Assembly (NCBI GenBank): GCA_038087875.1
Contig: JAXLNO010003819.1
Location: 6,302 to 64,000, forward strand
DNA length: 57,699 bases
Direction: 5' to 3'
DNA from: Malacoraja senta
Taxonomy: Eukaryota
Under the pieces are notes generated by a model. That model ran no database searches and was not told the DNA's origin. It saw only the letters and a program-made list of their open reading frames with translations. Numbering within the stretch: the first letter of the stretch is position 1; each line of letters opens with the position of its first letter. Position numbers and translations under genes: made by a program. This document shows positions 9,461-21,589 of this stretch, in pieces.

Positions 9461-10317
9461 ATGCTGGCCTTGACAATGTATTGGCTTCTTACAGCTGCAG
9501 CTCTCTTAACCGGTAAGTTCACGAGGTTTCCAATAATGTAGGGCATGATATTTAAGCAACCAAATACCTTGAATGCAACAGAACGACTTTAGAAAAGGAG
9601 TCCGTCTGAGGACAGTAAACGATGAGCGCAGTAGGAAAAAAGATGCAGTTTCACAGTAATTGATGTTCGGAAATTTGAGGTGAGTTTCCAGGTTAATTGT
9701 TGGAAAGCAGCCCCGACGGAGAAGCATCGAAGCGTTAGAACACACCGGTGGTCCCCGTACGAATGCTCTACGATTCCCCTTTTCCTCCCCGGAAGCAATA
9801 ACGTCGTCCAGTACGATGAAACGGATTGGTTTATCTTTAAAGATAAATTACTCGGTAATTCCCAGCGCCTTTCCGCCCATCGTTATTTAGCTTTTAGGGG
9901 AGGGGTATGTTTGATGTCATTGTACCTCATATCAGTATGAGGATGAGGGGTATTCTGAAGTATGAGCTGAGCTAGGTTATATTGTGTTATTAATCCCCGG
10001 ACTCTTGCAGGGAATTGTCGAGGCGACGCCGTTTCTCAGACACCGGCAGCGGTTACAGTGAGTGAAGGGGATGATACAAAATTGAGCTGCAAGTATACAG
10101 CTACAAGCACGGTATCCCCTGGACTAATCTGGTACCGTCAGTATGCCGGCGGATGCCTTGAGTTTCTGCTGCTCAGAACGAAAATCGAAGCCGCCCAGAA
10201 GAACAGTGCAGGTGAACGTTTTTCTGCGGAGCTCAACCATTCGACAGGAACGGTCCCGCTGACCGTGTCACAAACGCGGCTCCGAGACTCGGCGATGTAT
10301 TACTGCGCACTGAACCC
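9461..10317 (+). CDS. TRAV: TCR V segment, lineage C' (extra Cys in FR2), open
   Basis: Leader 9461-9512, V exon 10011-10317, CKYTATSTVSPG, WYRQYAGGCLEF, RTKIEAAQKNS; 23-RSS 10318-10356. Confidence 0.9.
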
Positions 10318-10942
10318 CACGGTGGCGCAGTGGTGGGCTGAGCCTGCACAAAAACTGCCAGTGCACCCACTCATGTATCACCGCGTCAGCGCAGCTTTGT
10401 CAGCATCGGCGCGTCCTCGTTGATTGCTGCACCGTTCCCAACGCCAGTGTGTTTACTGTCATTAATACTCGATTTTTAAATATTAAAAACCCATGACAAT
10501 TGGGTTGAAGAATAGCTTCTAACAAACAAATATTAGGTTCTTGAACTCTACACAGCACTGAAAAATGAACTATGAAATGTCTTCGCTTGCATTAAGCACT
10601 TCATTCATCTTATGCACATGGACTAGGTTGTTAATTTATTGAATTTTGTTTATTGTATATTATACTTCAGGCCTTGCCCCTCCTGTGACGCCGTGGAACA
10701 GAAAACAAAGGAGGTTTGAAATGATTGGGCAACAAAAGCAATGACGTGATTGGCGGAATTAAGAAACTGAGTGAATTAGGGGAGTTGGAGAACAAATTAG
10801 CTCCGCGCCGACGGGATGTGACGCTGTCAAGAATAAGCCAACGAATGAAGAACCTAGACCACAGCCCTTTCACAATATCAGATTAAACCTGTTTCCGGGT
10901 GAGCGCATTTCAGTTCATATTCACTCTCAATGCAATTACAAC

Positions 10943-11774
10943 ATGCTGGCCGTGACAATTTATTGGCTTCTTACAGCTGCAGCTCTTTTAACGGGTAAGT
11001 ACAAGACGTTTCCAAGCCTGAATATTATATTACTGTGGGGCATGGTATTTAATCAATAAAATGCCTTGCATGCAATGGAATGACTTTAGAAAGTGAGTCA
11101 GTGAGGGTACAATAAACGAAGAGTACAATAAGAATATAGATGCAGTTCCGACCAAAGTGCTGTAAGGATTTTGAGATGAGTTTCCAGGTATATTAGACCA
11201 CGCTCGTGTTCTAAGGTCGTGCGCTCAGCAATTCCTCTCCTCCTCCCGAGATGCAATGATCACGAGCAGGTGGCGATGGAAAGGGGTGGATGATTTTTAA
11301 ATATAGTTTCATTCGGTAATTCACAGCGCGTTTTCTCCCACCTTCATTTAGGTTTGAGTGCAGGGAGATCTTTGTTGCCGTTCTACCTCAGATCAGTACC
11401 AGGATAAGGTGAGCGTGAGCAGAATGCGGTGATATTCTTGTTTTTAACTTCGTTCCCGGACTCTTGCAGAGCATTGTCGAGGCGACGCCGTTTCTCAGAC
11501 ACCAGTAGTGGTAACAATGAGCGAAGGGGATGATGCCCAGTTGAACTGCAACTATACAGCTACAAGCACGAACAATCTTGTATTAATGTGGTACCGGCAG
11601 TATCCCGGCGGATCCCTTCAATTTCTGGTTCAGAACGAAATTCGAAGCCGCCCAGAAGAACAGTGCTGGAGAACGTTTGGCTGCGGAGCTCAACCATTTG
11701 ACAGGAACAGTCCCGCTGACTGTGTCGCAAACGCGGCTCCGAGACGCGGCGATGTATTACTGCGCCCTGAGTCC
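10943..11774 (+). pseudogene. V pseudogene, lineage D (2-nt deletion in FR2/CDR2; RSS spacer shortened)
   Basis: Leader 10943-10994, V exon 11470-11774. tttctg-gttc-agaacg versus intact tttctg-ctgctc-agaacg (~11628) shifts the frame. RSS remnant 11775-11801 is CACGGAG-N11-ACATAAACT. Confidence 0.9.
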
Positions 11775-11848
11775 CACGGAGGCAGCGATTGTACATAAAC
11801 TACCATTTCCGGATTTCAGTTCATATTCACTCTCCATGTAATTGAAAC

Positions 11849-12549
11849 ATGCTGTCATTGACTATTTATTCGCTTCTTATAGCTGCAGCTCTCTTAACCG
11901 GTATGTTCACGACGTTTCCAAGCCTGTATATTATGTTACTTTAGGGCATGATATCTCATCAATCAAATACATTGAATGCAATGGAATCACGTTAGAAAGC
12001 CATTCAATGGGAGGATAGTAAGTGAAGAGTACAAAGAGAAATATAGATGCAGTTCCTCAATAGGGATGTGAGGGGATTTGAGGCGTTTCCAGGTTAATAG
12101 CTGGAAACTGGCCCCGGCTGGGTAGAGTCCTGCAGTTGGAACACACCGGTGTTCTACGTAGGAGCGCTCTACGATTCCCCTTTTCCTTCCGGGACGCAAT
12201 GATGACGAGCGGAGTGCGATGGAAAGGGTTGGATGATCTTTAAAGATAATTTCATTCGGTAATTGCCAGCGCCTACCCCCCACCTTTATGTAGCTTTTAG
12301 GGGAGGGGTATCATTAATGCCATTGCACCTCGAATCAGTACCAGGATAGGGGGTATTTTCGAATATGAACACAGTAAGGTGATGTTCCGTTGTTTAACTT
12401 CGTCCCCGGATTCTTGCAGGGCATTGTCGAGGCGACGCCGTTTCTCAGACCCCAGCAATGATAACAGTGAGTGAAGGCGATGACGCACCGTTGAAGTGCA
12501 ACTACACAGCTACAATCACGAGCAATCTTGGACTAATCTGGTACCGTCA
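11849..12549 (+). pseudogene. V pseudogene, lineage E (promoter deleted, V truncated after WYR)
   Basis: Intact leader 11849-11900 (MLSLTIYSLLIAAALLT), partial V exon 12420-12549, then MITE; no Cys104 and no RSS. Confidence 0.88.
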
Positions 12550-12550
12550 T

Positions 12551-12966
12551 GGCCCTGTCCCACGGTGCGAGTCCACCCACGTGTGATCCCGAGTTTAAAA
12601 CAAATCAAACTCGTGGTAATCACGTAGCGGGAACGTCGGAACTCGTAACTCTAACGGCAGGTACTCGGGAAACTTGTTAACTCGTGAAAATCTTTCAACA
12701 TGCTGAAAGATTTCCACGAGTCAGAGTTACACTTGAAGTAAAAAAATTAAACTTTTAAACTCGTTGTAAGAACGTAGTAGCCCGTGAGTTTACCGTAGTG
12801 ACTCGTGAGTCTACCGTGGGCACTCTTTAACTCAGCTGGACAGGCAGCATCTCTGCAGAGATGGAATGGGTGACGGGATGACGTTTCCAAAATTCTGCTG
12901 CGTCTTTGTGTTACTCCAGCACTGTGTGTTCACTTTTTGTCAACCAGCATCTGCCCTTTCTTGTGT
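12551..12966. mobile_element. MITE-like element plus repeat fragment (copy 2)
   Basis: Same sequence as 2780-3195. Confidence 0.6.
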
Positions 12967-13422
12967 ATGACATTATTTGTATCCGTGGCAGTTGATTGTC
13001 GCTCAAATACCAGGCTTTTAAACACGGCAGAACACTAACCTATGAACTATGAACTGTCTTTCGGTGCACTTAGCAATTCAAGCTTTTTAATGCACATGGA
13101 TTACGTTATTAATTTATTGTATTTTGTTTATTATTTATCATACTTCAGGCCTTGTCTCTCCTGTGACTTCATGAAACAGAAAACAAAGGAGGTTTGAGAT
13201 GATTGGCAACTGAGAAGCAGTGAGTTGATTGGCGGAATTCAGCGAGTGAGGTAAGTCGGGGGGGTTGGAGAACACATTCGCTCTGTGCCGAGGGGATGTG
13301 CCGTCGTCAAAAATAAACCAATGAATTGAGAACCTAGACCACAGCTCTTTCACAATATCCGATTAAACATATTTCCCGATGAGAACATTTCAGTTTATAT
13401 TCACTCTCAAAGCAATCACAAC

Positions 13423-14165
13423 ATGTTGGCCGTGATTATTTATTCTCTTCTTGCAGCTGCAGCTCTCTTAACCGGTAGGTGCACGGCGTTTCCGACCCTG
13501 GATATTATATTACTACGGGGCATGATATTTAATCAATCAACTAGTTTGAATGCAATAGAATGACTTAAGAAAGGGAGTCACACCCATGTTCTACGGACGA
13601 GTGCTGAAAGATTCTCTTTTCTCCCTCCCAAGACAGAATGATGACGAGCAGAGGGCAATGGAAAGGGTTACATGATCTTTAAAGACAATTTAATTCAGTA
13701 ATTCCCACTGCTTTCCCGCCACCTTGATGTGGGTTTTAGGGGAGGGTATTCTTTGCTGCCGTTGTGCCTCAGATCAGTATCAAGATATGCGGCATTTTCC
13801 AGTATCAACATATTGGGATAATGCAATGTAATTTAATTTCTTCCCCTGGCCCTTGCAGGACATTGTTGAGGCGAAGCCGTTTCTCAGACACCAGTAGTGG
13901 AAACAGTAAATGAAGGGGATGATGCCCAGTTGAATTGCAACTATACAGCTACAAGCACGAGCGTCCCTGGACTAATCTGGTACCGTCAGTATCCCGGCGG
14001 ATCCCTTGAGTTTCTGCTGCTCAGAACGACATTCAAAGGCGGCCAGAAGAACAATGCCGGGGAACGTTTTTCTGCGGAGCTCAACCATTTGACAGGAACG
14101 GTCCCGCTGACCGTGTCACAAACGCGGCTCCGAGACTCGGCCATGTATTACTGCGCTCTGAACCC
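13423..14165 (+). pseudogene. V segment, lineage A, with in-frame nonsense codon
   Basis: Leader 13423-13474. V exon from 13859 reads GA CAT TGT TGA (13867-13869; CGA in the other A copies). The rest and the 23-RSS 14166-14204 are intact. Confidence 0.85.
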
Positions 14166-14777
14166 CACGGTGGCGCAGAATTGGGCTGAGCCTGTACAAA
14201 AATTATCTGAGAACCCCGTCAGGAATCAGCGCGTAAGCGCAGCTTTGTCAGCATCGGCGCGTCCTCGTTGATTGCTGCACCCGTCCCAACGCCAGTGTGG
14301 TTGCTGCCATTAATACTCGATTTTTAAACATTAAAAACCCATGACAATTGAGTTGAAGAATAGCTTCTAACAAACAGACATTAGGTTCGTGAACACTCCA
14401 CAGCACTAACAGATGAACTATGAACTGTCTGTGGTTGCATTAAGCAGTTCATAACTTATGCACATGGACTAGGTTGTTAATTGATTGAATTGTGTTTATT
14501 ATTTCTCATACTGCATACGATGACGCCATGGGACAGAACGCAAAGGAGGTTTGAGATGATTGGGCAACAAATGCAGGAATGTGATTGGCGGAATTAAGAA
14601 ACAATGTTAATTCGGGGAGTTGGAGAACAAATTAGCTCTGGGCTGAGGGGACATGACGCTGTCAAGAATAAGCCAATGAATAGAGAGCCGAGACCACAGC
14701 TCTTTCACAATATCAGATGAAACTTGTTTCCGGGTGAGACCATTTCAGTTCATATTCACTCTCAATGCAATTACAAC

Positions 14778-15647
14778 ATGCTGCCCGTGACAATTTATTG
14801 TCTTCTTGCAGCTGCAGCTCTCTTAACGGGTAAGTTCAGGACGTTTCGAAGCCTGTACATTATATTACTGTAGGGCATGGTATTTAATCAATGAAATACC
14901 CTGCATGCAATAGAATGACTTTAGAATGGGAATCAGTGAGAGGACTAAACGAAGAGCACAATAAGAATATAGATGCAGTGCCACACAAAGTGATGTTAGG
15001 AAATTTGAGTAGAATTCCCAGAAATATTGTTGGAAACCAGCGCCTATGGTGAAGCATCGGAGAGTTAGAAAACTCCCGTGTGCTAAGTACGAGCGCTCAG
15101 CGATTCCTCTTCCCCTCTCGAGATCCAATGATGACGAGCAGATGGCGATGGAAAGGGGCGGATGATTTTTTAAAGATAATTTCATTCGGTTATTCACAGC
15201 GCCTTTCCCCCCATCTTTATTTAGCTTTTAGGGGAGGGAGATCTTTGTTGCCGTTCTACCTCAGATCAGTATAATTAATATGAATATGAGCAGAATGAGG
15301 TGATGTTGTGTTTTCTAACCTCGTACCCGGGCTCTTGCAGGATATTGTAGAGGCGACGCCGTTTCTCAGACACCAGTAGTGGTAACAGTGAGTGAAGGGG
15401 AAGATGCACAGTTGAAGTGCAACTATACAACTGCAAGCACGAGCATTCTTGGACTAATCTGGTACCGTCAGTCTCCCGGCGGATCCCTTGAGTTTCTGCT
15501 GCTCAGAACGAAAATCGAAGCCGTCCAGAAGAACAATGCTGGAGAACGTTTTTCTGCGGAGCTCAACCATTCGACAGGAACGGTCCCGCTGACGGTATCA
15601 CAAACGCGGCTCCGAGACGCGGCAATGTATTACTGCGCCCTGAACCC
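14778..15647 (+). CDS. TRAV: TCR V segment, lineage B, open
   Basis: Leader 14778-14829, V exon 15341-15647 (LKCNYTTASTSILG, WYRQSPG); 23-RSS 15648-15686. Confidence 0.9.
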
Positions 15648-16271
15648 CACGGTGGCGCAGAATTGGGCTGAGCCTGCACAAAAACTACCAGTGCACCCAC
15701 TCATGTATCACCGCGTAAACACAACTTTCTCAGCATCGGCGCGTCCTCGTTGATTGCTGCACCCGTCCCATCGCCAGTGTGTTTGCTGTCATTAATACTC
15801 GATTTTTAAATATTAAAAAACCCATGACAATTGGGTTGAAGAATAGCTTCTAACAAACAAATATTAGGTTCTTGAACACTACACAGCACTAACAGAAGAA
15901 CTATGAAATGTCTTCGGTTGCATTAAGCATTTCATGCATCTTATGCACATGGACTTGGTTGTTAATTTATTGAATTTTGTTTATTGTATATTATACTTCA
16001 GGCCTTGCCCCTCCTGTGACGCCATGGAACAGAAAAAAGGAGGGTTGAGATGATTGGCCAACAAAAGCAATGGTGTGATTGGCGGAATTAAGAAACTGAG
16101 TTAATTCGGGGAGTTGGAGAACAAATTAGCTCCGCGCCGACAGGATGTGACGCTGTCACGAATAAGCCAATGAATGAAGAGCCTAGACCACAGCTCTTTC
16201 ACAATATCAGATTAAACCTGTTTCCGGGTGAGCGCATTTCAGTTCATATTCACTCTCAATGCAATTACAAC

Positions 16272-17129
16272 ATGCTGGCCTTGACAATGTATTGGCTTCT
16301 TACAGCTGCAGCTCTCTTAACCGGTAAGTTCACGACGTTTCCAATAATGTAGGGCATGATATTTAAGCAACCAAATACCTTGAATGCAACAGAACGACTT
16401 TAGAAAAGGAGTCCGTCTGAGGACAGTAAACGATGAGCGCAGTAGGATAAAAGATGCAGTTTCACAGTAATTGATGTTCGGAAATTTGATGTGAGTTTCC
16501 ACGTTAATTGTTGGAAAGCAGCCCCGACGGAGAAGCATCGAAGCGTTAGAACACACCGGTGGTCCCCGTACGAGTGCTCTACGATTCCTCTTTTCCTCCC
16601 CGGAAGCAATAACAACGTCCAGTACGATGGAACGGGCTGGATTATCTTTAAAGATAAATTTATTCGGTAATTCCCAGCGCCTTTCCGCCCATCTTTATTT
16701 AGCTTTTAGGGGAGGGGTATGTTTGATGTCATTGTACCTCATATCAGTATTAGGATGAGGGGTATTCTGAAGTATGAGCTGAGTTAGGTGATGTTGTGTT
16801 ATTTATCCCCGGACTCTTGCAGGGAATTGTCGAGGCGACGCCGTTTCTCAGTCAACGGCAGCGGTTACAGTGAGTGAAGGGGATGATACAAAATTGAGCT
16901 GCAAGTATACAGCTACAAGCACGGTATCCCCTGGACTAATCTGGTACCGTCAGTATGCCGGCGGATGCCTTGAGTTTCTGCTGCTCAGAACGAAAATCGA
17001 AGCCGCCCAGAAGAACAGTGCCGGTGAACGTTTTTCTGCGGAGCTCAACCATTCGACAGGAACGGTCCCGCTGACCGTGTCACAAACGCGGCTCCGAGAC
17101 TCGGCGATGTATTACTGCGCACTGAATCC
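16272..17129 (+). CDS. TRAV: TCR V segment, lineage C' (extra Cys), open; 5' part of C''-type
   Basis: Leader 16272-16323, V exon 16823-17129; 23-RSS 17130-17168. Confidence 0.9.
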
Positions 17130-17754
17130 CACGGTGGCGCAGTGGTGGGCTGAGCCTGCACAAAAACTGCCAGTGCACCCACTCATGTATCACCGCGTAA
17201 GCGCAGCTTTGTCAGCATCGGCGCGTCCTCGTTGATTGCTGCACCGTTCCCAACGCCAGTGTGTTTGCTGTCATTAATACTCGATTTTTAAATATTAAAA
17301 ACCCATGACAATTGGGTTGAAGAATAGCTTCTAACAAACAAATATTAGGTTCTTGAACTCTACACAGCACTAAAAAATGAACTATGAAATGTCTTCGGTT
17401 GCATTAAGCACTTCATTCATCTTATGCACATGGACTAGGTTGTTAATTTATTGAATTTTGTTTATTGTATATTATACTTCAGGCCTTGCCCCTGCTGTGA
17501 CGCCGTGGAACAGAAAACAAAGGAGGTTTGAGATGATTGGGCAACAAAAGCAATGACGTGATTGGCGGAATTAAGAAACTGAGTTAATTCGGGGAGTTGG
17601 AGAACAAATTAGCTCCGCGCCGACGGGATGTGACGCTGTCAAGAATAAGCCAACGAATGAAGAACCAAGACCACAGCCCTTTCACAATATCAGATTAAAC
17701 CTGTTTCCGGGTGAGCGCATTTCAGTTCATATTCACTCTCAATGCAATTACAAC

Positions 17755-18586
17755 ATGGTGGCCGTGACAATTTATTGGCTTCTTACAGCTGCAGCTCTTT
17801 TAACGGGTAAGTACAAGACGTTTCCAAGCCTGAATATTATATTACTGTGGGGCATGGTATTTAATCAATAAAATGCCTTGCATGCAATGGAATGACTTTA
17901 GAAAGTGAGTCAGTGAGGGTACAATAAACGAAGAGTACAATAAGAATATAGATGCAGTTCCGACCAAAGTGCTGTAAGGATTTTGAGATGAGTTTCGAGG
18001 TATATTAGACCACGCTCGTGTTCTAAGGTCGTGCGCTCAGCAATTCCTCTCCTCCTCCCGAGATGCAATGATCACGAGCAGGTGGCGATGGAAAGGGGTG
18101 GATGATTTTTAAATATAGTTTCATTCGGTAATTCACAGCGCGTTTTCTCCCACCTTCATTTAGGTTTGAGTGCAGGGAGATCTTTGTTGCCGTTCTACCT
18201 CAGATCAGTACCAGGATAAGGTGAGCGTGAGCAGAATGCGGTGATATTCTTGTTTTTAACTTCGTTCCCGGACTCTTGCAGAGCATTGTCGAGGCGACGC
18301 CGTTTCTCAGACACCAGTAGTGGTAACAATGAGCGAAGGGGATGATGCCCAGTTGAACTGCAACTATACAGCTACAAGCACGAACAATCTTGTATTAATG
18401 TGGTACCGGCAGTATCCCGGCGGATCCCTTCAATTTCTGGTTCAGAACGAAATTCGAAGCCGCCCAGAAGAACAGTGCTGGAGAACGTTTGGCTGCGGAG
18501 CTCAACCATTTGACAGGAACAGTCCCGCTGACTGTGTCGCAAACGCGGCTCCGAGACGCGGCGATGTATTACTGCGCCCTGAGTCC
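17755..18586 (+). pseudogene. V pseudogene, lineage D
   Basis: Leader 17755-17806, V exon 18282-18586 with the same 2-nt deletion; 11-spacer RSS 18587-18613. Confidence 0.9.
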
Positions 18587-18660
18587 CACGGAGGCAGCGA
18601 TTGTACATAAACTACCATTTCCGGATTTCAGTTCATATTCACTCTCCATGTAATTGAAAC

Positions 18661-19361
18661 ATGCTGTCATTGACTATTTATTCGCTTCTTATAGCTGCAG
18701 CTCTCTTAACCGGTATGTTCACGACGTTTCCAAGCCTGTATATTATGTTACTTTAGGGCATGATATCTCATCAATCAAATACATTGAATGCAATGGAATC
18801 ACGTTAGAAAGCCATTCAATGGGAGGATAGTAAGTGAAGAGTACAAAGAGGAATATAGATGCAGTTCCTCAATAGGGATGTGAGGGGATTTGAGGCGTTT
18901 CCAGGTTAATAGCTGGAAACTGGCCCCGGCTGGGTAGAATCCTGCAGTTGGAACACACCGGTGTTCTACGTAGGAGCGCTCTACGATTCCCCTTTTCCTT
19001 CCGGGACGCAATGATGACGAGCGGAGTGCGATGGAAAGGGTTGGATGATCTTTAAAGATAATTTCATTCGGTAATTGCCAGCGCCTACCCCCCACCTTTA
19101 TGTAGCTTTTAGGGGAGGGGTATCATTAATGCCATTGCACCTCGAATCAGTACCAGGATAGGGGGTATTTTCGAATATGAACACAGTAAGGTGATGTTCC
19201 GTTGTTTAACTTCGTCCCCGGATTCTTGCAGGGCATTGTCGAGGCGACGCCGTTTCTCAGACCCCAGCAATGATAACAGTGAGTGAAGGCGATGACGCAC
19301 CGTTGAAGTGCAACTACACAGCTACAATCACGAGCAATGTTGGACTAATCTGGTACCGTCA
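18661..19361 (+). pseudogene. V pseudogene, lineage E
   Basis: Leader 18661-18712, partial V exon 19232-19361. Confidence 0.88.
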
Positions 19362-19362
19362 T

Positions 19363-19778
19363 GGCCCTGTCCCACGGTGCGAGTCCACCCACGTGTGATC
19401 CCGAGTTTAAAACAAATCAAACTCGTGGTAATCACGTAGCGGGAACGTCGGAACTCGTAACTCTAACGGCAGGTACTCGGGAAACTTGTTAACTCGTGAA
19501 AATCTTTCAACATGCTGAAAGATTTCCACGAGTCAGAGTTACTCTTGAAGTAAAAAAATTAAACTTTTAAACTCGTTGTAAGAACGTAGTAGCCCGTGAG
19601 TTTACCGTAGTGACTCGTGAGTCTACCGTGGGCACTCTTTAACTCAGCTGGACAGGCAGCATCTCTGCAGAGATGGAATGGGTGACGGGATGACGTTTCC
19701 AAAATTCTGCTGCGTCTTTGTGTTACTCCAGCACTGTGTGTTCACTTTTTGTCAACCAGCATCTGCCCTTTCTTGTGT
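19363..19778. mobile_element. MITE-like element plus repeat fragment (copy 3)
   Basis: Same sequence as 2780-3195. Confidence 0.6.
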
Positions 19779-20234
19779 ATGACATTATTTGTATCCGTGG
19801 CAGTTGATTGTCGCTCAAATACCAGGCTTTTAAACACGGCAGAACACTAACCTATGAACTATGAACTGTCTTTCGGTGCACTTAGCAATTCAAGCTTTTT
19901 AATGCACATGGATTACGTTATTAATTTATTGTATTTTGTTTATTATTTATCATACTTCAGGCCTTGTCTCTCCTGTGACTTCATGAAACAGAAAACAAAG
20001 GAGGTTTGAGATGATTGGCAACTGAGAAGCAGTGAGTTGATTGGCGGAATTCAGCGAGTGAGGTAAGTCGGGGGGGTTGGAGAACACATTCGCTCTGTGC
20101 CGAGGGGATGTGCCGTCGTCAAAAATAAACCAATGAATTGAGAACCTAGACCACAGCTCTTTCACAATATCCGATTAAACATATTTCCCGATGAGAACAT
20201 TTCAGTTTATATTCACTCTCAAAGCAATCACAAC

Positions 20235-20977
20235 ATGTTGGCCGTGATTATTTATTCTCTTCTTGCAGCTGCAGCTCTCTTAACCGGTAGGTGCACGGCG
20301 TTTCCGACCCTGGATATTATATTACTACGGGGCATGATATTTAATCAATCAACTAGTTTGAATGCAATAGAATGACTTAAGAAAGGGAGTCACACCCATG
20401 TTCTACGGACGAGTGCTGAAAGATTCTCTTTTCTCCCTCCCAAGACAGAATGATGACGAGCAGAGGGCAATGGAAAGGGTTACATGATCTTTAAAGACAA
20501 TTTAATTCAGTAATTCCCAGTGCTTTCCCGCCACCTTGATGTGGGTTTTAGGGGAGAGTATTCTTTGCTGCCGTTGTGCCTCAGATCAGTATCAAGATAT
20601 GCGGCATTTTCCAGTATCAACATATTGGGATAATGCAATGTAATTTAATTTCTTTCCCTGGCCCTTGCAGGACATTGTCGAGGCGATGCCGTTTCTCAGA
20701 CACCAGTAGTGGAAACAGTAAATGAAGGGGATGATGCCCAGTTGAATTGCAACTATACAGCTACAAGCACGAGCGTCCCTGGACTAATCTGGTACCGTCA
20801 GTATCCCGGCGGATCCCTTGAGTTTCTGCTGCTCAGAACGACATTCAAAGGCGGCCAGAAGAACAATGCCGGGGAACGTTTTTCTGCGGAGCTCAACCAT
20901 TTGACAGGAACGGTCCCGCTGACCGTGTCACAAACGCGGCTCCGAGACTCGGCTATGTATTACTGCGCTCTGAACCC
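20235..20977 (+). CDS. TRAV: TCR V segment, lineage A, open
   Basis: Leader 20235-20286, V exon 20671-20977; 23-RSS 20978-21016. Confidence 0.9.
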
Positions 20978-21589
20978 TACGGTGGCGCAGAATTGGGCTG
21001 AGCCTGTACAAAAATTATCTGAGAACCCCGTCAGGAATCAGCGCGTAAGCGCAGCTTTGTCAGCATCGGCGCGTCCTCGTTGATTGCTGCACCCGTCCCA
21101 ACGCCAGTGTGGTTGCTGCCATTAATACTCGATTTTTAAACATTAAAAACCCATGACAATTGAGTTGAAGAATAGCTTCTAACAAACAGACATTAGGTTC
21201 GTGAACACTCCACAGCACTAACAGATGAACTATGAACTGTCTGTGGTTGCATTAAGCAGTTCATAACTTATCCACATGGACTAGGTTGTTAATTTATTGA
21301 ATTGTGTTTATTATTTGTCATACTGCATACTATGACGCCATGGGACAGAAAACAAAGGAGGTTTGAGATGATTGGGCATCAAAAGCAATGATGCGATTGG
21401 CGGAATTAAGAAACAATGTTAATTCGGGGAGTTGGAGAACAAATTAGCTCTTCGCTGATGGGACGTGACGCTGTCAAGAATAAGCCAATGAATAGAGAGC
21501 CGAGACCACAGCTCTTTCACAATATCAGATTAAACCTGTTTCCGTGTGAGACCATTTTGGTTCATATTCACTCTCAATGCAATTACAAC

